Under the pieces are notes generated by a model that saw only the letters and a program-made list of their open reading frames with translations, searched no databases and was not told the origin of the DNA. The translations under genes were made by a program, and so were the position numbers. Source: Silicimonas sp. (GTDB lineage Bacteria > Pseudomonadota > Alphaproteobacteria > Rhodobacterales > Rhodobacteraceae). Taken from it: a stretch of 46,601 nucleotides of DNA. The stretch spans positions 1 through 46,601 of the forward strand of contig JBNKHH010000029.1 in assembly GCA_050290245.1 (NCBI GenBank), given 5' to 3'. Of this stretch, positions 1 to 10,477 are shown one piece after another; the stretch's first letter is position 1; every line of letters begins with the position of its first letter.

Positions 1-867
1 CTGCTGCAAAATGCGCAGACAATACTCAGAGATCGCATCGATGGCCGGGCCCATATCGTGGCGGGACCATCTGCCCGTGCGTCCCTTGTCTTCGCGAAGC
101 GTCGCGCCATCGGGCAGGGCGAGAAGCGCGTCGGGTTTGAATTCCAGGCCGTTCAGGGTCACGGCGACCAGATCTGCCCGCCGTTTTCTAACCCAGGGCA
201 AGCGACCCTTCAGGCGCGCGAGGCCGGGGACGCGGGACATGAACTCGCGGCGGAACATGACGGCGTGGCCGGGACTGACAGCGCGCAGGGTCTGGGCCGC
301 GAACCAGGAAATGAAGACATCGTCGATCCGCATGCGCCGCTGGCCGTGCGTGGTGGGATCGCGGCGCAGTTCGAGATAATGCGCGGCCAGAGCGCGTCCG
401 CGCGCCGCGGTGAAAGCCAGAACCGAGGAGTTGCCGGTTGAAAAACGCCGTCCTCCCGTCAGCCTGTGGCGCAGCCGGGCGAGTGCATTGAAGCCCATGG
501 TTCCGGCCTTCAACATCAGCATCTCGCCGGGCGATCGCAGGTCCGCGGCGATGCGGCCCACGTCGCCCATGACCACCGTGTCGATGTCGAGATAGAGACA
601 GCGCATGTCATCCGGCGCCCCCGGGCAGGTAAAGAGGGACAGCTTTGCCGGGTAACCGCCCTTGAAAAGGTCTGGGTGGGAAAATTCCTCGGGGATCATG
701 TTCTGCACAACCGAGGGCTTTACGCCCCGTCGGAACCTGTCGGTGAGAAGCACGATTCGATCGCAGTCGGGTGATCGGTCGAAAACCCGCGATGCCATCT
801 CATTGATGTAAGCGTCGCCATAGCGGTCGCCCCAGACGACCAGGATAAGCCAGAAGGGGTGGGCCAT
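1..867 (-). CDS. Partial (3'-truncated by window edge) putative nucleotide-sugar/glycosyltransferase-like protein; ATG at 867, continues beyond position 1
   Basis: I translated the minus strand myself. The ORF is absent from the track because there is no stop in the window. It reads MAHPFWLILVVWGDRYGDAYINEMASRVF...LYLDIDTVVMGDVGRIAADL... with a DxD-like LDIDTVV motif and gene-like codon bias (high GC3). It ends about 110 nt before the tldD stop. Confidence 0.45.
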   Translation of the reverse strand, partial: MAHPFWLILVVWGDRYGDAYINEMASRVFDRSPDCDRIVLLTDRFRRGVKPSVVQNMIPEEFSHPDLFKGGYPAKLSLFTCPGAPDDMRCLYLDIDTVVMGDVGRIAADLRSPGEMLMLKAGTMGFNALARLRHRLTGGRRFSTGNSSVLAFTAARGRALAAHYLELRRDPTTHGQRRMRIDDVFISWFAAQTLRAVSPGHAVMFRREFMSRVPGLARLKGRLPWVRKRRADLVAVTLNGLEFKPDALLALPDGATLREDKGRTGRWSRHDMGPAIDAISEYCLRILQQ

Positions 868-979
868 GCCATCTCCGAAGGTGTTGAGGGTCTTTGGGCA
901 CCTTCTATCGTATTCGCAGGTGCTGCCCTAGGGGGCGACGACGGAAATGTCTTGGTCGTCCAGCCAGTGTCGGGCCAGC

Positions 980-2404
980 CTATGCCGCCGAGCCGCCCAC
1001 AGTCAGCCCGCCGATCAAAAGCGTTGGCTGGCCGACGCCGACCGGCACCCACTGGCCGGCCTTGCCACAGTTGCCGATGCCGGGGTCGAGGGCGAGGTCG
1101 TTGCCGACGGCGCGGATTTGTTTCAGGGCCGTTGCGCCATCGCCGATCAGGGTGGCGCCCTTGACGGGAGCGCCGATCTTGCCGTTCTGGACGCGGTAGG
1201 CTTCGGTGCAGGAGAACACGAACTTGCCGTTGGTAATGTCGACTTGGCCGCCGCCGAAGCCGACGGCATAGATGCCGTCTTTGAGGTCGGCGACGATGTC
1301 TTTCGGGTCGGCGTCTCCGGCCAGCATGTAGGTGTTGGTCATGCGGGGCATGGGGGCGTGGGCATAGCTTTCGCGGCGACCGTTGCCGGTGGGGGCGACG
1401 CCCATGAGACGGGCGTTCTGGCGGTCCTGCATGTAACCGGTGAGAACGCCGTCCTCGATCAGGGTGTTTTTGCCCGAGGGTGTGCCTTCGTCGTCGACGG
1501 TGATCGAGCCGCGGCGGTCGGGGATGGTGCCGTCGTCGAGCACCGTCACGCCTTTCGCGGCGATCTGCTGGCCCATGAGACCGGCGAAGGCCGAGGATTT
1601 CTTACGGTTGAAGTCGCCTTCCAGTCCGTGGCCGATGGCCTCGTGCAAAAGGATACCGGGCCAGCCGTTGCCAAGCGCCACGTCCATGACGCCCGCCGGG
1701 GCCGGTTCGGCGGCGAGGTTGACGAGGGCGATGCGCAGGGCCTCGCGGGCCAAGCCCTGCCAGTGGGCGGGTTCGATCAGGCCGGTGAGGGCGTGCCGGC
1801 CGCCACCGCCCGCCATGCCGGATTCGCGGCGGCCGTTTTCCTCGACGATAACGCTCACGTTTAGGCGGGTCATCGGGCGGGTGTCGGTGACGGCAAAGCC
1901 CTCGGGGCGCAGAATCACCACCTCTTGAAGAGAGGCCGCGAGGGTAGCCGAGACCTGCACGACGCGCGAATCAAGCTCGCGGGCGAAGGAATCGATTTCG
2001 CGCAGTGTTTCGATTTTGACCGGAAAGCTGGCGTCGGCCATGGGATCGGCGTCGCCGTAAAGCTTGAGGTTGGTGGCGCGGGGGGCATCGGCCAGCGCGC
2101 CACCACCGTCGCCGACGGCGAGGCGGGCGGTTTCGACGGCCCGCTTCAGAGCAGTTTCGGAGATTTCGGTCGAGTGGGCATAGCCGGCGGTTTCACCGCG
2201 CACGGCCCGCAGGCCAAAGCCTTCAGAGGCATTATAGCTGGCGTTTCGCACGCGTCCGTCGTCGTAGGAGATGACTTCGGAGCGGCGGCGTTCGAGAAAA
2301 AGTTCGCCATCGTCGGCCCCCGCGACGGCCTCGCGCAGCAGTCCGAGCGCGCGGGATTCGTCGATGAGCGTGTCAAAGGGGCGGAAAGGGGCGGTCTCGG
2401 CCAT
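980..2404 (-). CDS. tldD: Metalloprotease TldD
   Basis: 474 aa with TldD/PmbA family signatures (HEAIGHGLEGDFNRK). ATG start, TAG stop. Confidence 0.9.
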   Translation of the reverse strand: MAETAPFRPFDTLIDESRALGLLREAVAGADDGELFLERRRSEVISYDDGRVRNASYNASEGFGLRAVRGETAGYAHSTEISETALKRAVETARLAVGDGGGALADAPRATNLKLYGDADPMADASFPVKIETLREIDSFARELDSRVVQVSATLAASLQEVVILRPEGFAVTDTRPMTRLNVSVIVEENGRRESGMAGGGGRHALTGLIEPAHWQGLAREALRIALVNLAAEPAPAGVMDVALGNGWPGILLHEAIGHGLEGDFNRKKSSAFAGLMGQQIAAKGVTVLDDGTIPDRRGSITVDDEGTPSGKNTLIEDGVLTGYMQDRQNARLMGVAPTGNGRRESYAHAPMPRMTNTYMLAGDADPKDIVADLKDGIYAVGFGGGQVDITNGKFVFSCTEAYRVQNGKIGAPVKGATLIGDGATALKQIRAVGNDLALDPGIGNCGKAGQWVPVGVGQPTLLIGGLTVGGSAA

Positions 2405-2564
2405 GCGGGAAGTCCTTGGCTTGTCGATAAAGCGTCTGAATGCCGCAATCTCACGGCTTGTTCATTACCCCCTAATATGGTTTTTAGCGCGCAGAGAACA
2501 ACAGGGCTGGCGACGCATGTCTTTTGCTGGCCGAAACGCAATTGCGAACAGGATTGAAAGACAC

Positions 2565-3446
2565 ATGCGTCTCAAGACCCTTCTCACTAGCCTCGCCGCG
2601 TCGCTGACGGGTGCGGCTGCCTTCGCCCAGGACCTTCCGATCATCGGTCAGCCCACCCAAGGCGGCATGGGCTTCCAGACGGCTGCAACCGAGCTTGCCG
2701 ATGACATCCATTTTCTGGACAGCCTGATCCTGGTGATCATCACGTCGATTTCGGTCTTCGTGCTGGCCCTTCTTCTGGTCTGCATCGTCAGGTTCAATCA
2801 GAAGACCAACCCGACTCCGGCCAAATTCACGCACAACACGCCCGTCGAAGTGGCCTGGACCGTTCTTCCGATCGTGATCCTGGTGTTCATCGGTTCTTTC
2901 TCGCTGCCTGTATTGTTCAAGCAGCAGGAAATCCCCGAGGCCGAAGTTCTCGTAAAGGCGACCGGGTATCAGTGGTACTGGGGCTATTCCTATCCAGATG
3001 AGGGTATCGAAGAGTACGGCTCCTACATGATCGGTGTAGATTCCGGGAACATGCTGACCGAGGAAACCTCGCAGCAGCTCGCCGACAAGGGCTATACAGA
3101 CCAGCAGTTCCTTCTGGCCACAGACACCTCTGTCGTTATTCCGACCGGGAAAACGGTTGTGGTTCAGGTCACTGGTGCGGACGTGATTCACTCGTGGGCC
3201 ATGCCGGCCTTTGGCGTGAAGCAGGACGCTGTTCCTGGACGTTTGGCCCAGCTGTGGTTCAAGGTCGACGAAGGCAAAGAGGGCATCTATTTCGGGCAGT
3301 GCTCGGAACTGTGCGGCCTGAGCCATGCTTATATGCCGATCACCGTGAAGGCTGTGAGCCAGGCCGACTATGATGCCTGGGTGGCCGCCGTCAAAGAGGC
3401 CGGCGACTATGTCGAGCCGGGCGCACGCCAACTGGCGTCGAACTAA
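2565..3446 (+). CDS. coxB: Cytochrome c oxidase subunit II (aa3-type)
   Basis: Signal peptide MRLKTLLTSLAASLTGAAAFA and two TM helices. CuA-binding motif CSELCGLSHAYMP. I chose the internal ATG at 2565 within track ORF 2271..3446 on signal-peptide logic. Confidence 0.88.
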   Translation: MRLKTLLTSLAASLTGAAAFAQDLPIIGQPTQGGMGFQTAATELADDIHFLDSLILVIITSISVFVLALLLVCIVRFNQKTNPTPAKFTHNTPVEVAWTVLPIVILVFIGSFSLPVLFKQQEIPEAEVLVKATGYQWYWGYSYPDEGIEEYGSYMIGVDSGNMLTEETSQQLADKGYTDQQFLLATDTSVVIPTGKTVVVQVTGADVIHSWAMPAFGVKQDAVPGRLAQLWFKVDEGKEGIYFGQCSELCGLSHAYMPITVKAVSQADYDAWVAAVKEAGDYVEPGARQLASN

Positions 3447-3452
3447 ACAAAG

Positions 3453-4376
3453 ATGGCAGACCTTTCCATCAACGCGACGCGCGACTACGAGCCGAGTTTC
3501 GGTGACTATGTCGCGCTTTTGAAACCACGGGTGATGTCGCTCGTGGTTTTCACCGCGTTGGTGGGGTTGGTGGTTGCACCAATTTCCCTGCATCCCGTCG
3601 AGACCTTTTGCGCGATCCTGTTCATCGCGCTGGGCGGCGGCGCGTCGGGTGCGCTGAACATGTGGTATGACGCGGATATCGACAGTGTCATGCGCCGCAC
3701 GTCCAAGCGCCCGATTCCGGCGGGCAAGATCGAGCCGGGCGAGGCGCTGGCCATCGGTATCGGCCTGTCGGGCCTGTCGGTGGTCATGCTGTCGCTCGCG
3801 ACCAACATCGTCGCTGGCGCTCTGCTGGCATTCACGATCTTCTTCTATGCAGTTGTCTACACCATGTGGCTAAAGCGCTGGACGCCGCAGAACATCGTGA
3901 TCGGCGGAGCGGCGGGTGCCTTCCCTCCGATGATTGGCTGGGCCGCAGCGACAGGAAGCGTTTCGATTGAATCGGTTCTGATGTTCGCGATCATCTTCAT
4001 GTGGACCCCGCCGCATTTCTGGGCCCTGGCCCTGTTCATGCGGTCCGACTATGACGATGCAGGTGTGCCGATGCTGACCGTGACACACGGGCGCAGGTCT
4101 ACACGCCGTCACATCTTGGCTTATACGGTTCTGCTCGCGCCGGTCGCTTTGGGTCTGGCACTGACCTCGGTCGGTGGCCCGGTGACACTGGTCACCGCTG
4201 TTGTGTTGAACCTGTGGTTCCTTAAGGGTGCCTTTGGCATCTGGAAGCGCAACGAAGAAATGGCCGAGGCCGACGGCTATGGCGCCGAGAAGAAATTCTT
4301 CAAATTCTCGCTGGCCTATCTGTTCCTGCATTTTGGCGCGCTTTTGGCGGACGCCGCGATCCGGGGGATGGTGTGA
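3453..4376 (+). CDS. ctaB: Protoheme IX farnesyltransferase (heme O synthase)
   Basis: 307 aa polytopic membrane protein of the UbiA family with CtaB/CyoE-like motifs. Sits directly downstream of coxB. Confidence 0.9.
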   Translation: MADLSINATRDYEPSFGDYVALLKPRVMSLVVFTALVGLVVAPISLHPVETFCAILFIALGGGASGALNMWYDADIDSVMRRTSKRPIPAGKIEPGEALAIGIGLSGLSVVMLSLATNIVAGALLAFTIFFYAVVYTMWLKRWTPQNIVIGGAAGAFPPMIGWAAATGSVSIESVLMFAIIFMWTPPHFWALALFMRSDYDDAGVPMLTVTHGRRSTRRHILAYTVLLAPVALGLALTSVGGPVTLVTAVVLNLWFLKGAFGIWKRNEEMAEADGYGAEKKFFKFSLAYLFLHFGALLADAAIRGMV

Positions 4377-4561
4377 TGGCGATAAAGGCCACCCATGAGC
4401 TTCACCAGCGCCGGTTCTCGCGGAACCTGGGCGTGGGCGTGACCCTTTTGATCTTTGTCGGGATCGTCTTTGGCCTGACCGTTGTGAAGGTGACGCGGGG
4501 CGACCCGATGCAGGCCTTTGACCACGTGTCGCGTCCCGAAATGGAGTCGGTCGGACAATGA
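4373..4561 (+). CDS. Small single-TM protein conserved between ctaB and ctaG
   Basis: 62 aa with one hydrophobic helix ([18 protein letters not shown]). Start ATG overlaps the ctaB stop (ATGGTGTGA context) and its stop overlaps the ctaG start (ATGA). The double coupling argues it is translated. Confidence 0.5.
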   Translation: MMAIKATHELHQRRFSRNLGVGVTLLIFVGIVFGLTVVKVTRGDPMQAFDHVSRPEMESVGQ

Positions 4562-5148
4562 GTGCGGACAAGAACCGAAGGACCGTTCTGCGCCTGTCCG
4601 GGATCATCCTTGTCATGGGCTCGCTCGCCTGGGCTTCGGTGCCGCTGTACGACATGTTTTGTCGAGTAACCGGATGGGGCGGAACGACCGACGTGGCCGA
4701 AGCCGCGCCCGAAGAGATGCTGGAGCAGATGATCACGGTGCGGTTCGATGCCTCGCTAGATCGCGACATGCCCTGGGAGTTCAAGCCGGATCAGCGGCAG
4801 GTCAAACTGCACATCGGGGAAGAGGGGCTGGCGTTCTTTGAAGCCTATAACCCCACCGACCGCGTTGTTGCGGGAACCGCGAGCTTCAACGTTGCTCCCT
4901 ATTCGGCCGGTGCCTACTTCTCGAAGATCCAGTGTTTTTGCTTTGAAGAGCAGGTGCTGGAGCCGGGGCAGCGCGTCCACATGCCCGTCAGTTTTTTCGT
5001 CGAGCCGGAAATCGTAAATGATCCGGACGCGAAGTTTGTCAAAACCATCACGTTGTCTTACACCTTTCATGAAACCGAACTGCCCGAGGACTATGCCCGC
5101 GAGCAGGCGGCTTTGAAAGCGGGTGAGACGACCAACGACCTTAACTAA
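4558..5148 (+). CDS. ctaG: Cytochrome c oxidase assembly protein CtaG/Cox11 (CuB insertion)
   Basis: 196 aa with an N-terminal TM segment and Cox11 family motifs ([10 protein letters not shown], copper-binding CFCF). Confidence 0.88.
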   Translation: MSADKNRRTVLRLSGIILVMGSLAWASVPLYDMFCRVTGWGGTTDVAEAAPEEMLEQMITVRFDASLDRDMPWEFKPDQRQVKLHIGEEGLAFFEAYNPTDRVVAGTASFNVAPYSAGAYFSKIQCFCFEEQVLEPGQRVHMPVSFFVEPEIVNDPDAKFVKTITLSYTFHETELPEDYAREQAALKAGETTNDLN

Positions 5149-5168
5149 CGCCCGAGGGAACGACCGAT

Positions 5169-5987
5169 ATGGCGCACGAAAAGAACCACGACTATCACAT
5201 TCTTCCGCCGTCGATCTGGCCTTTCGCCGGAGCGTTGTCGGGCATTACCATGCTGCTTGGCTTCGTTCTGGCCTTTGGTCAGAACACTCCGGACAGCATC
5301 AAGCAGCCTTATGTATTTATCCTTGGTTTCATCGGCGTGCTGTACGTGATGTATGCTTGGTGGTCCGACGTCGTCCACGAAGGCAACACCGGCGATCACA
5401 CCCCGGTCGTGTCGATCGGCCTGCGCTATGGTTTCATCATGTTCATCATGTCAGAGGTCATGTTCTTCAGCGCCTGGTTCTGGGCGTTTTTCAAGAACGC
5501 GATGTACCCGATGGGCCCTGACAGCCCGATGGTCGACGGTGTTTGGCCGCCCGCCGGGATCGAAACGTTTGACCCCTGGCACCTTCCGTTGATTAACACG
5601 TTGATCCTTTTGTGCTCCGGTGCCGCCGCGACCTGGGCGCACCACGCGATCGCCCACGAAAACAACCGGAAAGACATGGCGACGGGCCTGATCATCGCAA
5701 TCCTGCTGGGCCTCTTGTTCACGGTTTTCCAAGCCTATGAGTACAGTCACGCCGCCTTTGGCTTCTCGGGCAACATCTATGGCGCGACCTTCTTCATGGC
5801 GACCGGGTTCCACGGGTTCCACGTCATCGTCGGCACGATCTTCCTGTTCGTCTGCTACCTGCGCCTTCGCGCCGGTCACTTTACGCCAGAGCATCACATC
5901 GGGTTCGAGGCCGCCGCCTGGTACTGGCACTTTGTGGACGTTGTCTGGCTGTTCCTGTTCGCCGCTGTTTACATCTGGGGCGGCTAA
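5169..5987 (+). CDS. coxC: Cytochrome c oxidase subunit III
   Basis: 272 aa, 7-TM, with COX3 family sequence (…[12 protein letters not shown]…[10 protein letters not shown]…). Confidence 0.9.
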   Translation: MAHEKNHDYHILPPSIWPFAGALSGITMLLGFVLAFGQNTPDSIKQPYVFILGFIGVLYVMYAWWSDVVHEGNTGDHTPVVSIGLRYGFIMFIMSEVMFFSAWFWAFFKNAMYPMGPDSPMVDGVWPPAGIETFDPWHLPLINTLILLCSGAAATWAHHAIAHENNRKDMATGLIIAILLGLLFTVFQAYEYSHAAFGFSGNIYGATFFMATGFHGFHVIVGTIFLFVCYLRLRAGHFTPEHHIGFEAAAWYWHFVDVVWLFLFAAVYIWGG

Positions 5988-6029
5988 CGCCCGACAGGTT
6001 TTGCGCCGCGCGTTTCGCGCGTCGCGGTG

Positions 6030-6057
6030 GGGCCGCTGCTGATGCAGCGGCCCTTTT
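6030..6057 (+). terminator. Rho-independent terminator after coxC
   Basis: GGGCCGCTGC-tgat-GCAGCGGCCC is a perfect 10-bp stem followed by TTTT, about 45 nt after the coxC stop. Confidence 0.6.
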
Positions 6058-6134
6058 GCGTATTTGCGGCAAGATAAAGATCGGATGCCGGTACGTCGGG
6101 CGATTAACGCGTTGATCGGCTTTGTGGATTCCGA

Positions 6135-6476
6135 ATGGGCATGTTTGTTGAGGAACTGGACGAGATCGACAACGCGGCCCGTCGAAATGACGGCACTCTG
6201 GTGCCGGTCATCACCGATCATTTGTCATGGTGCGATGGAGAGCATCTCCTTTTGCCGGACGAAAAGCTGAACAGTTTTCTGGCCTTTGTCGAAACGGGGC
6301 AATATCTGGAGGCTGAGCAAGCCGAGAAGGGGATGCCTGTGGCCATTCAGATTTCTGCCCAATACCCACCCGACACCGAGGCCAGAGATTTTTTCATCAA
6401 GGCGGGCAAAATCCTGGGGCGGGTTGGGATTGCACGCGCCATCCGGACTGAAAATCGTGCGGGGGAGCGGGAATGA
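6135..6476 (+). CDS. Hypothetical acidic soluble protein between coxC and surf1
   Basis: 113 aa. Its stop overlaps the surf1 ATG (ATGA). No recognizable motif, and it lies downstream of the coxC terminator, so it may have its own promoter. Confidence 0.45.
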   Translation: MGMFVEELDEIDNAARRNDGTLVPVITDHLSWCDGEHLLLPDEKLNSFLAFVETGQYLEAEQAEKGMPVAIQISAQYPPDTEARDFFIKAGKILGRVGIARAIRTENRAGERE

Positions 6477-7141
6477 AACGTTTTCTATTTCCCGTGGTCA
6501 TTGGCATCGGGGGGTTTGCCGTTCTGGTCTCGCTGGGCGTCTGGCAGATGCAGCGGCTGGCCTGGAAGGAGGGTGTGCTTGCCGAGATGGAGGGCTTGCT
6601 GAATGGTGCGCCGAGGCCGCTGGACGAGGTCGTCGATCCCTATCTCAGGTTCGCGCCGGTGCGATTGACCGGCACGACGACGGGCGGCGAAGCGCATGCG
6701 CTGCATTCGACCGGGCAGGGGGCTGGCTATCGTCTGGTCTCGGGCTTCCAGGTCGAGGGCGGGCCAGTCATCATGCTGGACGAAGGACTCATTCCGTCAT
6801 CTGCCAAGGGGGACACGCGCGGTCAGCGGGTACTGACCGTCGAGGGTAATCTGCATGTGCCGGATGACGTATCGAGCGCGACGCCAGAGCCGGATCTGCA
6901 AAAGAACATCTGGTACGGTCGCGACATGGACCGGATTGCCGAGGTGCTGGGCACCGAGCCGATCTTTGTCGTCGTTCGAGAGGTCGTCGAGGGTGAGGCG
7001 GTGGCAACGCCTCTGCCGCTTACGACGGCGGGGGTGCCGAACAACCATTTGGGCTATGCGGTTCAGTGGTTTGGCCTTGCGGCGGTCTGGTTGGGGATGA
7101 CTCTTTTCCTTCTGTGGCGTATCCGACAACGGGCGGTCTGA
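6473..7141 (+). CDS. surf1: SURF1 family cytochrome oxidase assembly protein
   Basis: 222 aa with N- and C-terminal TM helices and SURF1-like core (GVWQMQRLAWKE…NHLGYAVQWFGLA). Confidence 0.85.
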   Translation: MKRFLFPVVIGIGGFAVLVSLGVWQMQRLAWKEGVLAEMEGLLNGAPRPLDEVVDPYLRFAPVRLTGTTTGGEAHALHSTGQGAGYRLVSGFQVEGGPVIMLDEGLIPSSAKGDTRGQRVLTVEGNLHVPDDVSSATPEPDLQKNIWYGRDMDRIAEVLGTEPIFVVVREVVEGEAVATPLPLTTAGVPNNHLGYAVQWFGLAAVWLGMTLFLLWRIRQRAV

Positions 7142-7153
7142 GGAAAAGGATTC

Positions 7154-8545
7154 ATGAAGTACATCTCGACGCGGGGTAACTCTCCGGCACTTAGCTTTGA
7201 AGATACGATGCTGACGGGGCTTGCGCCCGATGGCGGCCTTTACGTGCCCGAGGATATTCCGACCCTGACGCCGGAGGAGATCGCCGGATTGGCGGGGCTG
7301 TCTTACGAGGAGACCGCCTTTCGGATCATGCGCCCCTTTATCGGCGAGACCTTCACGGATGAAGAGTTTCGCGCACTGATCGCAAAGGCCTATGAGGGCT
7401 TCAGGCATGATGCACGCGCGCCCCTGGTGCAGTTGGGGCCGAACCATTTCCTGCTTGAGCTGTTCCATGGGCCGACGTTGGCTTTCAAGGATTTTGCCAT
7501 GCAGCTGATTGGTCAGTTGTTCCAGGCAGTCCTGGCACGTCGTGGTGAAAGGATCACGATCGTGGGCGCGACCAGTGGCGACACCGGCTCGGCGGCAATC
7601 GAGGCGTTCAAGGGGCTGGATAACGTCGATGTCTTTATTCTGTACCCGCATGGCCGTGTCAGCGAGGTGCAGCGGCGCCAAATGACGACGCCAGCCGAGG
7701 CCAATGTGCACGCCCTTGCCGTCGACGGTGACTTTGACAACTGTCAGGCGGCTGTGAAGGCGATGTTTGCCGATACCGGATTTCGCGACGAGGTGCGGCT
7801 GGCTGCCGTCAATTCGATCAACTGGGCGCGTGTTCTGGCGCAGGTGGTCTATTATTTCAGCTCGGCCGTGTCGCTGGGCGCACCATGTCGCCCTGTCAGT
7901 TTCACCGTGCCCACCGGGAATTTCGGGGATATCTTTGCGGGTTATATCGCCAAGCGCATGGGGCTGCCAATTGAGCGGCTGGTCGTGGCCACTAACCGCA
8001 ACGACATTCTGCACCGGACGATCCAGTCGGGCGATTACACCAAGGAGGGCGTCGAGCCGACGATCAGCCCGTCGATGGACATCGAGGTGTCGTCCAATTT
8101 TGAGCGTGCCTTGTTTGACGCCTATGGTCGTGACGCGGGCGCCATCCGGCAGTTGATGGGCGACTTGAGCGGGCAGGGAGGTTTCAAGGTGAGCCAGGGG
8201 GCGATCGAGACTTTGCGCGAACACTTCGACTCAGGCCGCTGCTCGGAGGAGGAAACTGCCGCCACGATCACCAAGGTGCAAAAAGCGACCGGAGAGATCG
8301 TTTGCCCGCATACGGCGGTCGGGATCAAGGTGGCGGAAGAGCAGCCGACCTCGGCCGTGCCGATGATCACACTGGCCACAGCGCATCCGGCCAAATTTCC
8401 CGACGCAGTCGAGGCCGCAACAGGGGTGCATCCGCCTCTTCCCAAGCACATGGCCGATCTGTATGACCGTCCGGAGCGGGTGACGCGGGTCGCCAACGAC
8501 CTTGCCGCCATCCAGGGGGAGATCCGGGAGGTTCGTGCCAAGTGA
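7154..8545 (+). CDS. thrC: Threonine synthase
   Basis: 463 aa, long-form ThrC. PLP-lysine region FHGPTLAFKDFAMQ. RBS AGGA upstream. Confidence 0.9.
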   Translation: MKYISTRGNSPALSFEDTMLTGLAPDGGLYVPEDIPTLTPEEIAGLAGLSYEETAFRIMRPFIGETFTDEEFRALIAKAYEGFRHDARAPLVQLGPNHFLLELFHGPTLAFKDFAMQLIGQLFQAVLARRGERITIVGATSGDTGSAAIEAFKGLDNVDVFILYPHGRVSEVQRRQMTTPAEANVHALAVDGDFDNCQAAVKAMFADTGFRDEVRLAAVNSINWARVLAQVVYYFSSAVSLGAPCRPVSFTVPTGNFGDIFAGYIAKRMGLPIERLVVATNRNDILHRTIQSGDYTKEGVEPTISPSMDIEVSSNFERALFDAYGRDAGAIRQLMGDLSGQGGFKVSQGAIETLREHFDSGRCSEEETAATITKVQKATGEIVCPHTAVGIKVAEEQPTSAVPMITLATAHPAKFPDAVEAATGVHPPLPKHMADLYDRPERVTRVANDLAAIQGEIREVRAK

Positions 8546-9804
8546 CGGTGGAATTGCATCGCCTGAAGAACGGCGTACGCGTCGTGACCGAGCACATGCC
8601 GGGGCTGCAATCGGCCTCGATAGGCGTCTGGGTCGCGGCTGGAGGTCGGCACGAGCGTGTCGAGCAAAATGGCATCGCGCATTTCCTGGAGCACATGGCG
8701 TTCAAGGGCACAAAGACGCGCAGCGCCTTGCAAATTGCCGAGGCTATCGAGGACGTGGGCGGGTTCATCAACGCTTATACCTCGCGCGAGATGACGGCCT
8801 ATTATGCGCGGGTTCTGGGTGAGGACACGGGGCTGGCGCTCGACGTTCTGTCGGACATCGTCCTGAACCCGGTCTTCGATCCGCACGAGATCGAGGTCGA
8901 ACGGCACGTTATCTTGCAGGAAATCGGTCAGTCGCACGACACGCCTGACGACGTGATTTTCGACTGGCTGCAGGAGACGGCTTTCCCGGACCAGCCGCTT
9001 GGACGTCCGATCCTGGGGCCGTCGGCACGGGTAGAAAAGTTCGATGCCTCCGATTTGTCCGGCTTTGTCGCCGAGCGCTATGCGCCGGGCAACCTGATCG
9101 TCGCAGCTGCTGGGGCCGTGGATCATGACGCCATCGTGCGCATGGCCGAAGAACGGTTTGGTCATCTTGTCGCTCATCCGGCCCTGACTATCGAGCCGGG
9201 GCGGTTTGGTGGGGGTGAGTGCCGGGTGGAGAAGGGCCTTGAGCAGGCCCATGTGGCCATGGCCTTTGCCGGGCCGGGCTATCGGGACGATCAGGTCTAC
9301 GCGGCTCAGATCTTTTCGTCAGTCATGGGTGGCGGCATGTCCTCGCGCCTGTTTCAGGAGGCACGCGAGAAGCGGGGTCTCTGCTACACGATATTTGCAC
9401 AGACCGGTGCCTATTCGGACAGCGGCCTTATGACGATCTATGCCGGGACCAGCGGCGAAGAACTGGGCGAGTTGGTGGGGCTGACCATCGACGAGTTGCG
9501 CCGCGCGGCTGACGATATCTCGGAGCATGAAATGGCGCGGGCGCGGGCGCAGCTGAAGGCCGGTCTCTTGATGGGGCTGGAAAGCGCGTCGAGCCGGGCC
9601 GAGCGGTTGGCGCGGCAGCTGTCGATATGGAACCGGGTTCCGTCGATCGATGAGATCGTCGGAAAGATCGATGCGGTTACTGCAGAATGCACGCGTGATA
9701 TCGCCCGCAACATGGCCACAAGCGGCACTGCGGCTCTGGCGCTGTACGGTCCTGTTTCGGGATCGCCTACTGTTAGCGAGATGACGGAGCGATTGGCGGC
9801 CTGA
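8542..9804 (+). CDS. M16 family zinc peptidase (pitrilysin/processing-protease-like)
   Basis: 420 aa with inverted zinc motif HFLEHMAFKGT. GTG start overlaps the thrC stop (GTGA). Confidence 0.85.
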   Translation: MTVELHRLKNGVRVVTEHMPGLQSASIGVWVAAGGRHERVEQNGIAHFLEHMAFKGTKTRSALQIAEAIEDVGGFINAYTSREMTAYYARVLGEDTGLALDVLSDIVLNPVFDPHEIEVERHVILQEIGQSHDTPDDVIFDWLQETAFPDQPLGRPILGPSARVEKFDASDLSGFVAERYAPGNLIVAAAGAVDHDAIVRMAEERFGHLVAHPALTIEPGRFGGGECRVEKGLEQAHVAMAFAGPGYRDDQVYAAQIFSSVMGGGMSSRLFQEAREKRGLCYTIFAQTGAYSDSGLMTIYAGTSGEELGELVGLTIDELRRAADDISEHEMARARAQLKAGLLMGLESASSRAERLARQLSIWNRVPSIDEIVGKIDAVTAECTRDIARNMATSGTAALALYGPVSGSPTVSEMTERLAA

Positions 9805-10385
9805 TGTTGCGCCTGCGGGGCAAGGTTCGGATCGACACCGAGCGGATGATCCTGCGTCCGCCGGTGCATGGCGATTTTCGCGGATGGAGTGCACTGCGCC
9901 AGGAAGGGGCAGATTTTCTGCAACCCTGGGAGCCGTCCTGGGCCGGAGATCACTTGACGCGCAAGGGATTTGTGAATCGGGTTTATTGGGCGAACCGGTC
10001 GATCGCGCAGGGCACGGCCCTGCCCCTTTTCCTTATCCGGCGCAGCGACGAGGGAATTCTCGGCGCGATCACCCTGGACAACATCCGTCGCGGGCCGGCG
10101 CAGGCGGGCACCATCGGGTATTGGATCGGCGAGAGATATGCGCGGCAGGGGTATATGCGCGAGGCGCTGACAGCAGTGGTGCACTATGCGTTTGAGGTCA
10201 TGGACCTAAGTCGCCTGGAGAGCGCCTGTTTGCCCGAGAACGCGGCCTCGCGTGGTCTGCTGGAGAAATGCGGCTACAAGTATGAAGGCGTGGCGCAGAG
10301 TTACTTGCAGATCAACGGCCGCTGGCGGAACCATGTTCTCTACGCCAACCTGCGCGGCGACCGGCGGGGACGGGTCGACACCTGA
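9804..10385 (+). CDS. GNAT family N-acetyltransferase (RimJ/RimL-like)
   Basis: 193 aa with acetyltransferase core (…IGYWIGERYARQGYMREAL…). ATG overlaps the peptidase stop (TGATG). Confidence 0.8.
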   Translation: MLRLRGKVRIDTERMILRPPVHGDFRGWSALRQEGADFLQPWEPSWAGDHLTRKGFVNRVYWANRSIAQGTALPLFLIRRSDEGILGAITLDNIRRGPAQAGTIGYWIGERYARQGYMREALTAVVHYAFEVMDLSRLESACLPENAASRGLLEKCGYKYEGVAQSYLQINGRWRNHVLYANLRGDRRGRVDT

Positions 10386-10477
10386 GGGGCACCGTTCTAC
10401 GAAACGCGAACCGGTCCAGAGAACTGATCATGTTCCAATGCCTCCTGAGAAAGTATTTCTGAACAGAAGAATTTCAG

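Noticed and set aside
6797-8224. Long antisense ORFs in the track (475 aa opposite thrC here; others include 27699..29096 opposite hss, 14201..15289 opposite DUF58, 5451..6221 opposite coxC, 947..1864 opposite tldD, and 10490..11275)
   Set aside because: These are GC-rich shadow frames opposite well-supported genes. The products are Arg/Pro/Gly-rich low-complexity sequence with no family signatures.
10386-10477. AT-rich 90-nt convergent spacer between the GNAT and yafY genes as a possible sRNA
   Set aside because: It contains only short imperfect inverted repeats (TTCTG..CAGAA) and no promoter-like element. It is most likely a bidirectional termination region.
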